Shown piece after piece: positions 63,882 through 64,000 of a DNA stretch of 64,000 bases. A program made the translations under genes and the position numbers. The notes below the pieces were generated by a model. That model saw nothing but the letters and a program-made list of their open reading frames with translations, did not search any database and was not told the DNA's origin. Origin of the DNA: a virus; the IMG/VR virus record IMGVR_UViG_3300049171_000092, positions 21,279 to 85,278 of that record; one strand, given 5' to 3'. Position 1 is the stretch's first letter; each line of letters starts with the position of its first letter.

Positions 63882-64000
63882 GGCTGGTGCCTTTCGGGTG
63901 GGCCGCCGCCCCGACAGCAGGGCGGCGGCGAGCGGTTCAGGGGCGGGTAATGCCGGGAGAGAAGCGCTGTACGCCCCTGTGAGGCTTCAAAGCGGGCCCA

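Larger units (their letters stand above)
1..64000. mobile_element. Siphovirus-type temperate (pro)phage or phage-plasmid-like element filling the whole window; ends not in view
   Basis: Contiguous terminase-portal-MuF/protease-capsid-tail-tape measure-fibre-lysis operon on the minus strand (39.4 to 5.2 kb), flanked by regulatory and accessory modules. No housekeeping genes, att site or integrase seen. Confidence 0.85.

Noticed and set aside
1-64000. tRNA, rRNA or tmRNA genes, and prophage attL/attR direct repeats
   Set aside because: I inspected the non-coding stretches (about 4.7, 12.8, 39.5, 42.65, 53.3, 54.2, 55.0-55.4, 57.5-57.7 and 59.2-59.4 kb). None shows a cloverleaf-compatible arrangement or long direct repeats. 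A computational scan (tRNAscan-SE, repeat finder) would be needed to be certain.

Overview
High-GC (about 70%) actinobacterial, Streptomyces-like DNA that looks phage-derived across the whole 64 kb. I saw no host flank, tRNA, rRNA, CRISPR array, att site, reverse transcriptase or large integrase. Layout in plus-strand coordinates: (i) 0.1-4.7 kb, small regulatory or unknown genes ending in a small serine recombinase. (ii) 5.2-39.4 kb, one minus-strand late operon running small and large terminase, portal, MuF/protease polyprotein, capsid, four coupled genes including two giant cysteine-rich repeat proteins, fibre-like cassette, putative tail tube, connectors, chaperones with a -1 frameshift, 1080-aa tape measure, minor tail, collagen-like and glycine-rich fibres, second fibre-like cassette, amidase endolysin, holin and small membrane proteins. 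One plus-strand zinc-ribbon/GIY-YIG-like gene is inserted after the tape measure gene. (iii) 39.6-43.7 kb, small early genes around a divergent operator-rich switch. (iv) 43.7-54.2 kb, a minus-strand operon that resembles the transfer/spread/kor region of Streptomyces conjugative plasmids: GntR repressor with perfect palindromic operators, Xis-type HTH, many tiny coupled ORFs, a coiled-coil membrane protein, an FtsK/SpoIIIE-family ATPase and an adjacent 8-bp repeat array. (v) 54.3-61.2 kb, an accessory island with a GIY-YIG-GntR fusion, a 450-bp structured non-coding region, a toxin-antitoxin pair, a lipoprotein and an Excalibur-domain membrane protein. (vi) 61.3-63.9 kb, a minus-strand regulatory operon (LuxR-type, PadR-XRE, SLOG-like). 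Most interesting: the uncharacterised giant Cys-rich modular proteins, a 21-nt box repeated nine times before late genes, the phage plus conjugation-like hybrid architecture with a clt-like repeat array, and three tandem hairpins with identical loops and unrelated stems. CDS coordinates follow the supplied ORF track (stop codon included). I moved starts to internal ATG/GTG/TTG codons where overlap geometry, SD sequences or upstream boxes argued for it. Short DNA motifs were read by eye and may be off by 1-2 nt. All family assignments come from recognisable sequence motifs only; no searches were run.
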